Positions 47,254 to 56,420 of a DNA stretch of 64,000 nucleotides are shown here, piece by piece (position 1 is the stretch's first letter; every line of letters begins with the position of its first letter). The notes beneath the pieces are model-generated. The model worked only from the letters and a program-made list of their open reading frames with translations, searched no databases and was not told the origin of the DNA. The position numbers and the translations under genes were made by a program. This stretch comes from Opitutia bacterium (lineage in GTDB: Bacteria > Verrucomicrobiota > Kiritimatiellia > CAIQIC01 > Lenti-01): positions 8,427 through 72,426 of the forward strand of contig SABN01000002.1 in the NCBI GenBank assembly GCA_009928955.1. Reading direction: 5' to 3'.

Positions 47254-48516
47254 CTATTTTACCAGCGCGAGGCTCAGGGCGGGCCAGTAGGTGATCAGCA
47301 GCAAGACGCCGAGCATCAAGCCCATCAAGGCCAACGAGGCCGCAGCCAGCTTCATCAGGGGCTTGTTGAGGCGCATGGCGGCGATGAACAGGTTCATCCC
47401 CACCGGCGGCGTACTATAGCCAATGGCGAGATTAGCCAAGAAAATGATGGCCAAGTGCACCGGATCGATGTCGTATTGCACGGCCAAGGGGGCCAACAGC
47501 GGCACAATGACCACGGTGGCCGTGTAGATGTCCATGATGCAGCCGACCATCAGCAGAAAACAATTGAGCGCGATCAGGAAGGTGATCGGGTTCTGGATCC
47601 GCGTCCCCACCCAATTGAGGATCAACTGAGGCACCTCCTCAAGGATTAAGAAATTGGTGATGGCCATGCCCATGCCCAAAATCAACAAAACTCCGCCGAC
47701 CAGCACCACCGTGTCGCGAATGATAACGGTGAGCCTCCGGAGGGGAATTTCGCGGTAGATCAGCACTTCGACGACCAGCACATAGGCCGCCGTGATAACG
47801 GCGGCATCGCTAACCACCAGGACGCCGCTATAGATGCCGCCCAGCACCACAAAGGGCAGCGGCAGCTCCCACTTGGATTCCCAGAGCGCGGAGCCGAGTT
47901 CGCGCAGCGCGAATGGATGGCGCGGGATTCGGGCATGGATTCCCGCCCAGACGCCATAGCCGCACAGCACGCCGACCGCCAGCAACCCCGGCAGCACGCC
48001 GGCGCGGAACAGCGCGTCGATGGTCACCTCGCTGGAAATGGGCTGCGCGATGATGGCATAGAGGATCAACGGCAGGCTGGGCGCGAACAGCACGCCCATG
48101 TTGCCGCCGCTGGTCACCAGCCCCAGCGCGGCCTTTTCGCGGTAGCCATCCTTGAGAAGCGCCGGCAGCAGCAGCCCTCCCAGTGCGACGATGGTCACGC
48201 CCGAGGCCCCCGTAAAGGCCGTCATGAAGGTGCAGAGCACGATGCAGACCATCGCAAGCCCGCCCGGCATCCAACCGAATGCGGCGCGCGTAATGCGAAG
48301 CAGCCGCTCCGAGGCCCGGCTGCCCGCCAGCACGTACCCGGCAAGCGCAAACATCGGCAGCGCCTGCAGCATCGGCATGCCGGTCAAGCGAGTCAGTTCC
48401 CCTATGATCCCCACTAGATCGTTTCCGCTGGACTGGTAGGCAATCATCGCCAGCGCGCCGAAGACCACGAACATCGGCAGGCCCAGCAGGGCGAAGGCGA
48501 TCACGACCCACGTCAT
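47254..48516 (-). CDS. dctM: TRAP transporter large permease subunit
   Basis: About 420 aa, 12+ TM, DctM-like throughout. Start at MTWVVIAFALLGLPMFV (48516), overlapping the dctQ stop. Confidence 0.9.
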   Translation of the reverse strand: MTWVVIAFALLGLPMFVVFGALAMIAYQSSGNDLVGIIGELTRLTGMPMLQALPMFALAGYVLAGSRASERLLRITRAAFGWMPGGLAMVCIVLCTFMTAFTGASGVTIVALGGLLLPALLKDGYREKAALGLVTSGGNMGVLFAPSLPLILYAIIAQPISSEVTIDALFRAGVLPGLLAVGVLCGYGVWAGIHARIPRHPFALRELGSALWESKWELPLPFVVLGGIYSGVLVVSDAAVITAAYVLVVEVLIYREIPLRRLTVIIRDTVVLVGGVLLILGMGMAITNFLILEEVPQLILNWVGTRIQNPITFLIALNCFLLMVGCIMDIYTATVVIVPLLAPLAVQYDIDPVHLAIIFLANLAIGYSTPPVGMNLFIAAMRLNKPLMKLAAASLALMGLMLGVLLLITYWPALSLALVK

Positions 48517-49052
48517 GACGGCGTCCTCCCCTCGCCCGGCAAGCCTTCTTCCCCGAACGGGGGGGAAAGCCATCTCACCGGGACGGCGGCCCGCACGGCA
48601 AAGCGGACGGCCATCAGCCAGAAGGCCACGGGAATGACGATGTGATATTTATAAACGAGCATGCCCAGCAGCAGGGTGCTGTCATCCCGCTGGAACCCCA
48701 CGTAGCGTCCGGCGGCCCACGCCAGCAGTCCGCAGACGATGGCCGCGCACAGCGACGTGGCGCGCGCCAGCCAGACCGAACCGCGGCGCGGCATCAAGGC
48801 GGCGGCCAGATCGATCGCGAGATGCCGCCCCAGCCCCGCCGCCGCCAGCGCGCCGAGCATCGTCAGCCACAACAGCGCCATGCCCAGCAGCGGCTCGGCC
48901 CAGTTCAAGCCCGTATGCCACGCGTTCCGCAGCAGGATCTGCAGGGCGGCCAGCCCCACCATCCCGGTGACCAGCACCGCCAAGATGGCGCGCTCGATCC
49001 GATCCACCCACCGGGAAACGCGGCGGAAGGCCTTCTCGCCTCGCCCGCTCAT
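48513..49052 (-). CDS. dctQ: TRAP transporter small permease subunit
   Basis: 179 aa with 4 TM (ILAVLVTGMVGLAALQILLRN...). Start at MSGRGEKAF (49052). The track ORF 48513..49550 is over-extended. Confidence 0.8.
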   Translation of the reverse strand: MSGRGEKAFRRVSRWVDRIERAILAVLVTGMVGLAALQILLRNAWHTGLNWAEPLLGMALLWLTMLGALAAAGLGRHLAIDLAAALMPRRGSVWLARATSLCAAIVCGLLAWAAGRYVGFQRDDSTLLLGMLVYKYHIVIPVAFWLMAVRFAVRAAVPVRWLSPPFGEEGLPGEGRTPS

Positions 49053-50047
49053 GCGCCGCGGATTTCCTTCAGGACTTGCTGGAGCAGATTCCAAGCCTCC
49101 GCCGAAAACACCGCGCCCTTGACTTTTTGCAGCGCCACCGCCGCGATCTGTTCGAACGCCGCGCGCACTTCGGGCGTCTCTTCGATGGGGGCCACGCCCT
49201 GGGTGCGCATGTAGTCCAAGGCCTCGATGTCGCTCTTGCGGACCTTGGGCGTGAGCAGGCGGCAGTGCTTGTCGAACGCGGCCCTGACGGCCTCCCGGTG
49301 GGGCGCCGGCAGCATGGCCCAGCCGGGGGAGGAGAAAAAGACGCCGCCGATGGAATACGTCAGCCGCATCGTGTTGTAGCAGCGCACCTTCGTATGCCAT
49401 TGCACCGCGACCGCCGCCGTGGGCGGGCCGAAAACCGTTTCCAGCGACCCCGTCTGGAGAGACGTCAGCACGTCGGTGACGTTGGCCGGGATGGACGAAA
49501 TGCCGCCGGCGGCGAACAGATCCATCAGCATGGGCGAATCCAGCCCCCACACCTTGGTCGCGCGCAGATTCTCCAGGCTGGCGATCGGTTTCATGCCATA
49601 GGCGTAGCTGAAGCCCACCTCGGTCCAGCCCACCGTTTCAAAGCCGTTTTTGCGCGCATTTTCATCGAGGAACGGGCGCATTTTCTCAAGCGCCAAGTCC
49701 ACCTCATCATAGTTGCGGAACGCCATCGGAAACATCAGCGCGCTGGCGTCCGGACAGATCTTGCCGATGGCGTAGCCCATGAATCCGCCGCCTTGGAGCT
49801 GCCCGGTCTTGATCTTGAACAGCACGTCTTTTTCGGAGCCCATGATGCCGCCGGGATAGATCTTCAGCTTCACGGCGCCGCCCGTGGCCGCCTCGATCTC
49901 GGTCTTGGCGTCATGGAGCGCCTGCATCCAGATGCTGCCCTCGGGCGCCAACGTGGCCATTTTCAGCGTCACCTGCGCGGAAGCCATCCCCGTCATAAGC
50001 CACGCGGCGGCCAGCCCGATCGGGCCGAAGGTCTTGATGAATCTCAT
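49049..50047 (-). CDS. dctP: TRAP transporter substrate-binding protein (DctP family)
   Basis: Signal peptide, then TLKMATLAPEGSIWMQAL...KLKIYPGGIMGSEKDVL..., typical of DctP. Confidence 0.88.
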   Translation of the reverse strand: MRFIKTFGPIGLAAAWLMTGMASAQVTLKMATLAPEGSIWMQALHDAKTEIEAATGGAVKLKIYPGGIMGSEKDVLFKIKTGQLQGGGFMGYAIGKICPDASALMFPMAFRNYDEVDLALEKMRPFLDENARKNGFETVGWTEVGFSYAYGMKPIASLENLRATKVWGLDSPMLMDLFAAGGISSIPANVTDVLTSLQTGSLETVFGPPTAAVAVQWHTKVRCYNTMRLTYSIGGVFFSSPGWAMLPAPHREAVRAAFDKHCRLLTPKVRKSDIEALDYMRTQGVAPIEETPEVRAAFEQIAAVALQKVKGAVFSAEAWNLLQQVLKEIRGA

Positions 50048-50062
50048 GGGGTTCGCCTTTCT

Positions 50063-50941
50063 TCAGAAGAGTTCGTCGATCTGGTCGAGCAAGGTCTGGG
50101 CGCGCTTCTGGGCCACGGCGTTCATCAGCGTGAACGCCGGGACTTGCGGATCCGCCGCCAACACTTGCTTCAAGCTGTCCTCGAACAGCGCTTGGTCGAA
50201 CGCATAGCGGGCATAGAATTCCGCGAACGTCACGCGCGCCAACAGGTAATCAGGTCCCGCGATCTCCAGGCTGCGCTCGAAATGGGCGCGCGCCTTCTCC
50301 AGATCGCGCCCCCCGCCCAGCGGCAGCACCGTGTGGTAGATGCCATAGAACAGGTCGACGCCGCCGTTGCGGATGCCCGGATCGAGCTCCCGCACCCGGT
50401 CCATCATGGCCAGCACCTTGGGCATGCCGCCCAAAGCCGCCGGCGAATCGGCGCTGGCGATGATCCACATGACCCACGCCGACGCCGTGGTGAACAGCGC
50501 GCCGGCATCCGCCTTCTTGAACCCCCGCAAGGACTGTTCGAATTCGTCCTGCTTGCCCTCCAGCGCGCGGGCAAACCGCTGGTTCCGCGCCAACGCGCGC
50601 AACCCATAGGTCTTCGCCTTGAGATACATGCCTTTGGACCGCGCCTTCTGCTCCTTGTCGATGAATCCCGTGGCATAGGCCACTTGCGCCTCGGCCGCCG
50701 CGATCAGGACGGCGGGATTGTCGGGATGCGCCTCGGCCAGCGAGTCCAGGATCAACAGGAACGCCGGCGCGCCCTCGCGCACCAGATCCACGTCGCTTTG
50801 GTGCATGAATCCTTCGGACAGCTGGGTGGCCATGGGCGAAATGACCCGGGCCGCCCCTCTGCGAAGCAGCGCGCAGCCGCTGGCGAGGCCCCACGCCGCG
50901 AGCAACGCCGCCACGAAGATCAGTCTAGGGAGAGTTTTCAT
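50063..50941 (-). CDS. tatT: TRAP-associated TatT-family TPR lipoprotein
   Basis: Lipobox LASGC after MKTLPRLIFVAALLAAWG. All-helical TPR-like body with ...VDLFYGIYHTVLPLGGGRDLEKARAHFERSLEI..., as in TatT components of TPAT systems. Confidence 0.8.
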   Translation of the reverse strand: MKTLPRLIFVAALLAAWGLASGCALLRRGAARVISPMATQLSEGFMHQSDVDLVREGAPAFLLILDSLAEAHPDNPAVLIAAAEAQVAYATGFIDKEQKARSKGMYLKAKTYGLRALARNQRFARALEGKQDEFEQSLRGFKKADAGALFTTASAWVMWIIASADSPAALGGMPKVLAMMDRVRELDPGIRNGGVDLFYGIYHTVLPLGGGRDLEKARAHFERSLEIAGPDYLLARVTFAEFYARYAFDQALFEDSLKQVLAADPQVPAFTLMNAVAQKRAQTLLDQIDELF

Positions 50942-50987
50942 CCGGAGGTGTTTCTTACTATCCCCTTCCCCCGCAAACAAGCAAAAC

Positions 50988-51776
50988 CTAGGGCTCCAGC
51001 AGGCCGGGGAACGCCGCGCGCACGCGCGCCACGCTTTCGGCGGACGCGGTTTTCTCGCGCAAAACCTGAAGCAACGCCAGCACGTCTTCGCCGGACACCT
51101 GGAACGGTTCGGTCCTTCCCTTCAGCCGCCGGGCGGCGGTCCGGTAGGTCAACGTCCGGGGGGCGGAGGTCGCCGCCGGAGACTGCAACGCGGCCAACGC
51201 GGCCTCCAGCGCGGCGCGTTCCTGCCCCGGCGGGGCCGCCAACACCGCTTTGCAGACCGCCTTGGCCTTGGACCAGCTGATCTGCCCGTTCTCCAGCAGC
51301 CGCCGGACCCGCGCATCCATTCCCGGCGCATACCGGAGGATGTCCTCGATCCACCCCGCGTTCTTGTCGAGGAACCGCGCGATGCGGTTCTTGTCCCAGT
51401 TGGCGTTGGCCATGAAGATGATCGCATCGAAATAGTCGGTGATGCGCGCATCCAGCCGATCGGCGTTCAGCTTGAGGTTCAAGGCCTGGATCTCGTCGAG
51501 GTCGCCATGGACCACCCGCACGTCGATCCGGTCGAAATAGCCGGGATGCTCGGCCCGGATGCGGCGGACCGCGTTGTGCCGGTGGAAGCCGCCCACCAGA
51601 TAGTATTCGCCCGGATTCCGCTCCCAGACCACGACCGGCTCCAGCAGCCCGTTGCGCAGGATGTCCTCGGCGAAGTGGGCCACCTTGGCCTCGTTCAGCG
51701 GCCGGTGGTTCGCCACCGACGGATGCAGGTGGACCTTCTCAAATGGCACATAGTCGAATCGCTTGGTCGTCAACAT
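50988..51776 (-). CDS. ParB/Srx N-terminal domain protein (ParB-like nuclease domain family)
   Basis: VHLHPSVANHRPLNEAKVAHFAEDILRNGLLEPVVVWERNPGEYYLVGGFHRHNAVRRI matches the ParB N-domain boxes. 262 aa. It lies 47 nt upstream of tatT on the same strand. Confidence 0.75.
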   Translation of the reverse strand: MLTTKRFDYVPFEKVHLHPSVANHRPLNEAKVAHFAEDILRNGLLEPVVVWERNPGEYYLVGGFHRHNAVRRIRAEHPGYFDRIDVRVVHGDLDEIQALNLKLNADRLDARITDYFDAIIFMANANWDKNRIARFLDKNAGWIEDILRYAPGMDARVRRLLENGQISWSKAKAVCKAVLAAPPGQERAALEAALAALQSPAATSAPRTLTYRTAARRLKGRTEPFQVSGEDVLALLQVLREKTASAESVARVRAAFPGLLEP

Positions 51777-51933
51777 GAAATTCCTCTTTCCCGGGGTTGG
51801 TTCCGGCGCACTCTAGCGGATTGCGCCGGCGGATGAAGCTTTTTTTCTCCGCCCTCCGCCCCGCGCTTTCATCTTTACTCTTGGCCCGGTCCGCCGTTTA
51901 ATCGTGTCTTTTCATTCCAACTCCCGACAACCT

Positions 51934-52323
51934 ATGTTCACCAAGAGTTTGACACCCCGGTTTGGCGATGTGGACGGCCTGCGCCACATCAACAACACCA
52001 TGCTGCCCGTCTGGTTCGAGCTGGGACGCGACCCCCTGTTCCGCTATTTCAACCCCGACCTGAGCCTCGAACGCTGGAATCTCATCATGGCGCACATCGA
52101 TGTGGATTTCGTCGCCCCCATGGCGCTGGGCGCGGACATCGAAATCCGCACCGCCGTCTCCCGGATCGGCCGCACCTCCTTCACCGTCCATCAGGAGGCC
52201 TGGCAAGGCGGCGTTCTCGGCGCCAAGGGCGATGCCGTGGTGGTCCACTACGATTTCCAGACCCGGAAGCCCCTGCCCATTCCCGACGCCGCCCGCGCGC
52301 ACCTGAAGGAGCATCTCGCATGA
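51934..52323 (+). CDS. acyl-CoA thioesterase, 4HBT/YbgC-like hot-dog fold
   Basis: LTPRFGDVDGLRHINNTMLPVWFELGRD...IDVDFVAPM... First ATG at 51934 (the track start at 51904 is a GTG). Confidence 0.8.
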   Translation: MFTKSLTPRFGDVDGLRHINNTMLPVWFELGRDPLFRYFNPDLSLERWNLIMAHIDVDFVAPMALGADIEIRTAVSRIGRTSFTVHQEAWQGGVLGAKGDAVVVHYDFQTRKPLPIPDAARAHLKEHLA

Positions 52324-52640
52324 ACATGAACCGAGGCATGACCGTCGTCGAAGTCTCCATCGTCTTGGCCATCCTGCTGCTGCTGGCGGCCATCTCCCTG
52401 CCCGCCTTCTTCCAGAACCAGCAGAAGCAGCGCGCCGCCAAATGCGCCATGAATCTCGAGGCCCTCGCGACCGCTTGCCAAAAGCACGCTTCCGAAAAAG
52501 GCGGATTCCCCGCGAGCCTCTCCAATCTCGCCCCGGCCTATCTGGAGTCGATCCCGGCCTGCCCGTCCGGCGGGACCTATGGGTTGGGCACGCCGGAAGG
52601 CGACCCGCCGACCTGCTCCATCCCCGACCACCGTCTGTAG
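52320..52640 (+). CDS. prepilin-type N-terminal cleavage/methylation domain protein (pseudopilin)
   Basis: Class III signal MNMNRG|MTVVEVSIVLAILLLLAAISLPAF with Glu at +5. 106 aa. The ATG overlaps the thioesterase stop (ATGA). Confidence 0.8.
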   Translation: MNMNRGMTVVEVSIVLAILLLLAAISLPAFFQNQQKQRAAKCAMNLEALATACQKHASEKGGFPASLSNLAPAYLESIPACPSGGTYGLGTPEGDPPTCSIPDHRL

Positions 52641-52656
52641 CCCGCGAAAGGACCCC

Positions 52657-53376
52657 ATGAAAAAAGCGAAATACCGTCGAATCCTCCTCAAGCTCAGCGG
52701 CGAAGTCCTGCGCGATCCGCAGACCGGCGATTGCCTCTCCGACGCCGTGCTCGCCGAAATGGCCGCGCAAGTCCAGGCTGTCCGCCGGATGGGCGTGCAG
52801 GTCGGCGTCGTCATCGGCGGCGGCAACATCTTCCGCGGCCTGAAGGGCCAGGACCGCGGCTTCGGCCGGGCCCACGGCGACAACATGGGCATGCTCGCCA
52901 CGATGATCAACAGCCTCGCGCTGCAATCGGCCCTCGAAGCCGCCGGCGTGCCCGCCAAGACCCTCTCGGCCTCCGCCATGCCCGCCCTCTCCGAACTGTT
53001 CACCTTCCGCCGCGCCATCGAACTGCTCGAGGCCGGCACGGTCGTCCTCATCGGCGGCGGCACCGGCAACCCCTTCTTCACCACCGACAGCGCCGCCGCC
53101 CTGCGCGCCGCCGAGATCGGCGCCGAGGTCCTCCTCAAGGCCACCAAGGTCGATGGCATCTACGACGCCGATCCCGTCCGCAATCCCAAGGCCGTCAAGT
53201 TCGACCGCCTCACCTATTCCGAGGCGCTCGCCCGCCGCCTGAAAGTGATGGATGCCGCCGCCTTTTCGCTTTGCATGGACAACCAGATCCCTATACTGGT
53301 CTTTGATTTCTTCAAGCGCGGAGAGTTGCTCCGCGTGGTGCGCGGCGAAAAAGCCGGCACCTTGGTCACCGCGTGA
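52657..53376 (+). CDS. pyrH: UMP kinase
   Basis: YRRILLKLSGEVL...VVIGGGNIFRG...MLATMINSLALQ...GTGNPFFTTDSAAALRA. Confidence 0.95.
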   Translation: MKKAKYRRILLKLSGEVLRDPQTGDCLSDAVLAEMAAQVQAVRRMGVQVGVVIGGGNIFRGLKGQDRGFGRAHGDNMGMLATMINSLALQSALEAAGVPAKTLSASAMPALSELFTFRRAIELLEAGTVVLIGGGTGNPFFTTDSAAALRAAEIGAEVLLKATKVDGIYDADPVRNPKAVKFDRLTYSEALARRLKVMDAAAFSLCMDNQIPILVFDFFKRGELLRVVRGEKAGTLVTA

Positions 53377-53398
53377 AACGCATTGGAAAGGAAACGCC

Positions 53399-53965
53399 AT
53401 GTACGAATCTTCCGACGATGTCCTGCTCGAAACCGACGACAAAATGGAAAAAGCCATCGCCCACCTCCAGCAGGGGCTCTCCGGCCTGCGCACCGGCAAG
53501 GCCTCCCCCAGCCTGGTGGATCAGATCAACGTCGAGTGCTACGGCACCCAGACCCGGCTCAATCAGATGGCCCTCATCAGCACGCCCGAACCGCGCCTGA
53601 TCGTCATCAAGCCCTATGACCCCTCCTCCCTCCCCTCCATCGAAAAAGCCATCCTCGCCGCCAACATCGGCGTGACGCCCCTCAACGACGGCCGCCTCAT
53701 CCGCGTGCCCATCCCCGAACTGAGCGAGGAGCGCCGCAAAGATCTCGGCAAGGTCGCCAGCCGCATGGGCGAGGAGGCCCGCGTGGCCCTGCGCGCCATC
53801 CGGCGCGACTCCAACGATGCCATCAAGGCTTTGGAAAAGGCTTCGACCATCAGCGAAGACGACCGCGACCGCGCGCTGGAAGAGGTGCAGAAATACACCG
53901 ATGCCTCCTCCAAGAAGGTGGACAACCTGGTGGCGGCCAAAGAAAAAGACATCATGGCCGTCTGA
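53399..53965 (+). CDS. frr: ribosome recycling factor
   Basis: MEKAIAHLQQGLSGLRTGKASPSLVDQINVECYG...LSEERRKDL... Confidence 0.95.
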   Translation: MYESSDDVLLETDDKMEKAIAHLQQGLSGLRTGKASPSLVDQINVECYGTQTRLNQMALISTPEPRLIVIKPYDPSSLPSIEKAILAANIGVTPLNDGRLIRVPIPELSEERRKDLGKVASRMGEEARVALRAIRRDSNDAIKALEKASTISEDDRDRALEEVQKYTDASSKKVDNLVAAKEKDIMAV

Positions 53966-53971
53966 TCGGCC

Positions 53972-55141
53972 ATGCGATATCCCGCGCGCAAATCCCCCCT
54001 GCGCCATCTGGTTTGGATCCTTCCCCTGCTGGCGCTGGATTTCTTTATTTTCCGCTGGCTGGCCCTCCGCCAAGGCGGCTGCCAACTGCCCATCCGGGAA
54101 CTTCGTCCCGAGCCCCCGGCGCGAGAAGAGCCTGCGCCTCCGCCCCCCCCGGTCTGGCAGCGGCTGGTGCCCCCCACGCCCCAACAAAACCTGCTGGAGC
54201 CCGACACCCCCGGCGTGCTGCAACCGACCGGCTCGGGCCGGCTGGAATCCGCCAAGTTCGGATCCACCCGCACCGGCCAGCGCAACGGGCGCCTCTTCCC
54301 GGCTTTCCACGAAGGCGTGGATATCGCCCCCACCGCCCGCGACCGCAAAGGCGTCGCCACCGACCCGGTCTTCGCCGTCGCGGAAGGCCGCGTGGCCTTC
54401 GTCAATTCCGGCGCCGGCAATTCCTCCTATGGAAAATACGTGGTGATCGAGCATCCCGATCCCTCCCTCGGCATGATCTCCAAGCGCGACGGCACGGCCG
54501 AACCCGCCGTCATCTACACTTTGTATGGCCATCTCGCCGACATCCGCTTCGGCATCCGCCCTGGTCACGTCGTCGCTCCCGGCGACATCTTGGGCACCCT
54601 CGGCAACACCAGCAACACCCGGCCGCCCATTCCGACGGACCGGAGCCATCTGCACTGGGAAATCGGCGTAATGCTCAACTCCCGTTTCGACCTCAAGAGC
54701 CGCGCGGAAAAGATCACGCCCGATTTCGGCAATTACAATGGCGGCAATCTGTTCGGCTTCGATCCGCTGGACTTCTATGCCGCCCATTCCCGCGACCCCG
54801 GCCTCACCATGGCCACCTATCTCGCCACCCTTCCCCCCGCCTGCGAAGTGGTCCTGCGCGGCAAAACCCCGGACTATTTCCGCCGCTTCCCCGCGCTCTG
54901 GAAGGGCGCGCCCCACGAGGGCGGCCCCATCCGCCTCACCCTCTCCGAATCTGGCGCGCCCCTCTCGGGCCGCAACGCCACCGCCGCGGAGATCGCGCGG
55001 CTGGGCAACCAGCGCCATGCGGTCGTCACCGTCTTTCCCGCCGTCCTCGGCCGCAACGGGCGCGCCTATGTCGCCCAAACCGCCGGCGCATGGCGGTTCA
55101 CCGAAAAAGGCAAGCAATGGGCCGAGCTCTTGTTCTATTGA
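53972..55141 (+). CDS. M23 family metallopeptidase
   Basis: N-terminal TM helix. FHEGVDIAP...YGKYVVIEHP...YTLYGHL...HLHWEI (HxxxD and HxH Zn ligands). Confidence 0.85.
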   Translation: MRYPARKSPLRHLVWILPLLALDFFIFRWLALRQGGCQLPIRELRPEPPAREEPAPPPPPVWQRLVPPTPQQNLLEPDTPGVLQPTGSGRLESAKFGSTRTGQRNGRLFPAFHEGVDIAPTARDRKGVATDPVFAVAEGRVAFVNSGAGNSSYGKYVVIEHPDPSLGMISKRDGTAEPAVIYTLYGHLADIRFGIRPGHVVAPGDILGTLGNTSNTRPPIPTDRSHLHWEIGVMLNSRFDLKSRAEKITPDFGNYNGGNLFGFDPLDFYAAHSRDPGLTMATYLATLPPACEVVLRGKTPDYFRRFPALWKGAPHEGGPIRLTLSESGAPLSGRNATAAEIARLGNQRHAVVTVFPAVLGRNGRAYVAQTAGAWRFTEKGKQWAELLFY

Positions 55142-55241
55142 TCTCTCGCATCTCTTCTTTTTTGAGCCACTTCCGTTTGGAGTTTGACATCCCAGCCCCT
55201 TTGCACCACAATGCGCGGCACAAACGTTTTTGGAGGAACCC

Positions 55242-56111
55242 ATGGCTAAATTGTTGAAGCCGCTTGTTGTGATCGTGTTGTTGCTCGGCATTGCCGCCCT
55301 TTGCATCCAGGCCCTCGTGCTTTTTCCGAAGCGTACCCTGATCAAGGAACGCACCCAGAAGCTCGAAGGCGGCGTCGAACGCGTCGTCGCCACCCTCAAG
55401 GGATCCCTCTCCGAGGAAGCCCAGCGGGCGGTTCCCTTCATCGGCGCCAACCTCAAGATCGGCGTCAAGGAAGACCTGCCCCGCCTCGATGGCGAACTGA
55501 ACAAGGCCCATCTGGTGGCGAACGCCGTCTTGCAGGGCTGGAACGACACCAAGACCGACCTCGAAAACACCCGTCAAGACCTTGAGAACACCCGCGCCGA
55601 ACTGGAAACCACGAAGGCCCAGCTCGAAGACGCCCGCACCCAGATCGTCCAGCTCAATGAAACCATCCGCGGCAAGGATCAGGAACTGGTCGAAAAGAGC
55701 AACGTCATCGCCGGCCTCGAGGATGAGAAGGCCTCGCTGACCGCCCAGGTCGCCGACCTGACCGATCAGCTGGCCGGCTTGCAGGATCGGCTCGCCGATC
55801 TGGAAGAAGAAACCGCCAATCTGAAGAACCAGCTCGAGAAATGCGAAGGCGCGCTGAATCCCGGCAACATCACGATGAAGACCGGCACGACGGCCAAGAT
55901 CGTCTATGCCAACGCCGAATGGAATTTCGTGATCATCGACATCGGCAGCGCCGAGGGAGCCCAGGCCGGCGCCGAAATGCTCATCCATCGCGGCGACGTC
56001 ATGATCGGCAAGATCCGCCTCAGCGCAACCCGCGAAAACGTCACCATCGCCGAAGTCCTGCCGGACTTCCAGAAGGACACCGTCAAGGAGGGCGACCATG
56101 TTCTCTTCTAA
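55242..56111 (+). CDS. membrane-anchored coiled-coil protein
   Basis: RBS GGAGGA 5 nt upstream. TM helix LLKPLVVIVLLLGIAALCIQALVLF, then about 150 aa of coiled coil (DLENTRQDLENTRAELETTKAQLEDARTQI...), then a small beta C-domain. Confidence 0.7.
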   Translation: MAKLLKPLVVIVLLLGIAALCIQALVLFPKRTLIKERTQKLEGGVERVVATLKGSLSEEAQRAVPFIGANLKIGVKEDLPRLDGELNKAHLVANAVLQGWNDTKTDLENTRQDLENTRAELETTKAQLEDARTQIVQLNETIRGKDQELVEKSNVIAGLEDEKASLTAQVADLTDQLAGLQDRLADLEEETANLKNQLEKCEGALNPGNITMKTGTTAKIVYANAEWNFVIIDIGSAEGAQAGAEMLIHRGDVMIGKIRLSATRENVTIAEVLPDFQKDTVKEGDHVLF

Positions 56112-56220
56112 CGGACTCTCCGCCATGACGCTGGTGGCCGTGCTGCTGTTGGCGGCGGTGGTCGGCCTCCAGATCGCCGAGATCAGCTACTACTCCGCCC
56201 TCCCGTCCGTCTGGCCGTGA
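56098..56220 (+). CDS. possible 40-aa single-TM peptide
   Basis: Own translation: MFSSNGLSAMTLVAVLLLAAVVGLQIAEISYYSALPSVWP. It overlaps the end of the upstream gene and the start of the downstream small ORF. Confidence 0.35.
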   Translation: MFSSNGLSAMTLVAVLLLAAVVGLQIAEISYYSALPSVWP

Positions 56221-56381
56221 TCCGGTTCCGCTGGCTGCTGGCCATCATCGCCGCCGCGGGGATCGTCCTCGCCGGTTCGGGATGCGCTTCGCCGGATGTC
56301 GAATCCGATCTGCCCTGGAACATGACCCAGCCTTGGGAAAGCGCCCCCACCATCCCCTTCGGCGGCGCCGGCGGCTACTGA
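56217..56381 (+). CDS. possible 54-aa lipoprotein
   Basis: Own translation from a GTG overlapping the previous TGA: VIRFRWLLAIIAAAGIVLAGSGCASPDVESDLPWNMTQPWESAPTIPFGGAGGY. It has a lipobox (LAGSGC). Confidence 0.4.
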   Translation: MIRFRWLLAIIAAAGIVLAGSGCASPDVESDLPWNMTQPWESAPTIPFGGAGGY

Positions 56382-56398
56382 TCTTTCCCGTGCGGCCG

Positions 56399-56417
56399 TT
56401 TTCCACGGCGTGGAAAA
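56399..56417. repeat. intergenic palindrome TTTTCCAC-GGC-GTGGAAAA (family member)
   Basis: Read directly. The stem extends to 9 bp (G56398/C56418). It lies between convergent gene ends. Confidence 0.8.
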
Positions 56418-56420
56418 CCC

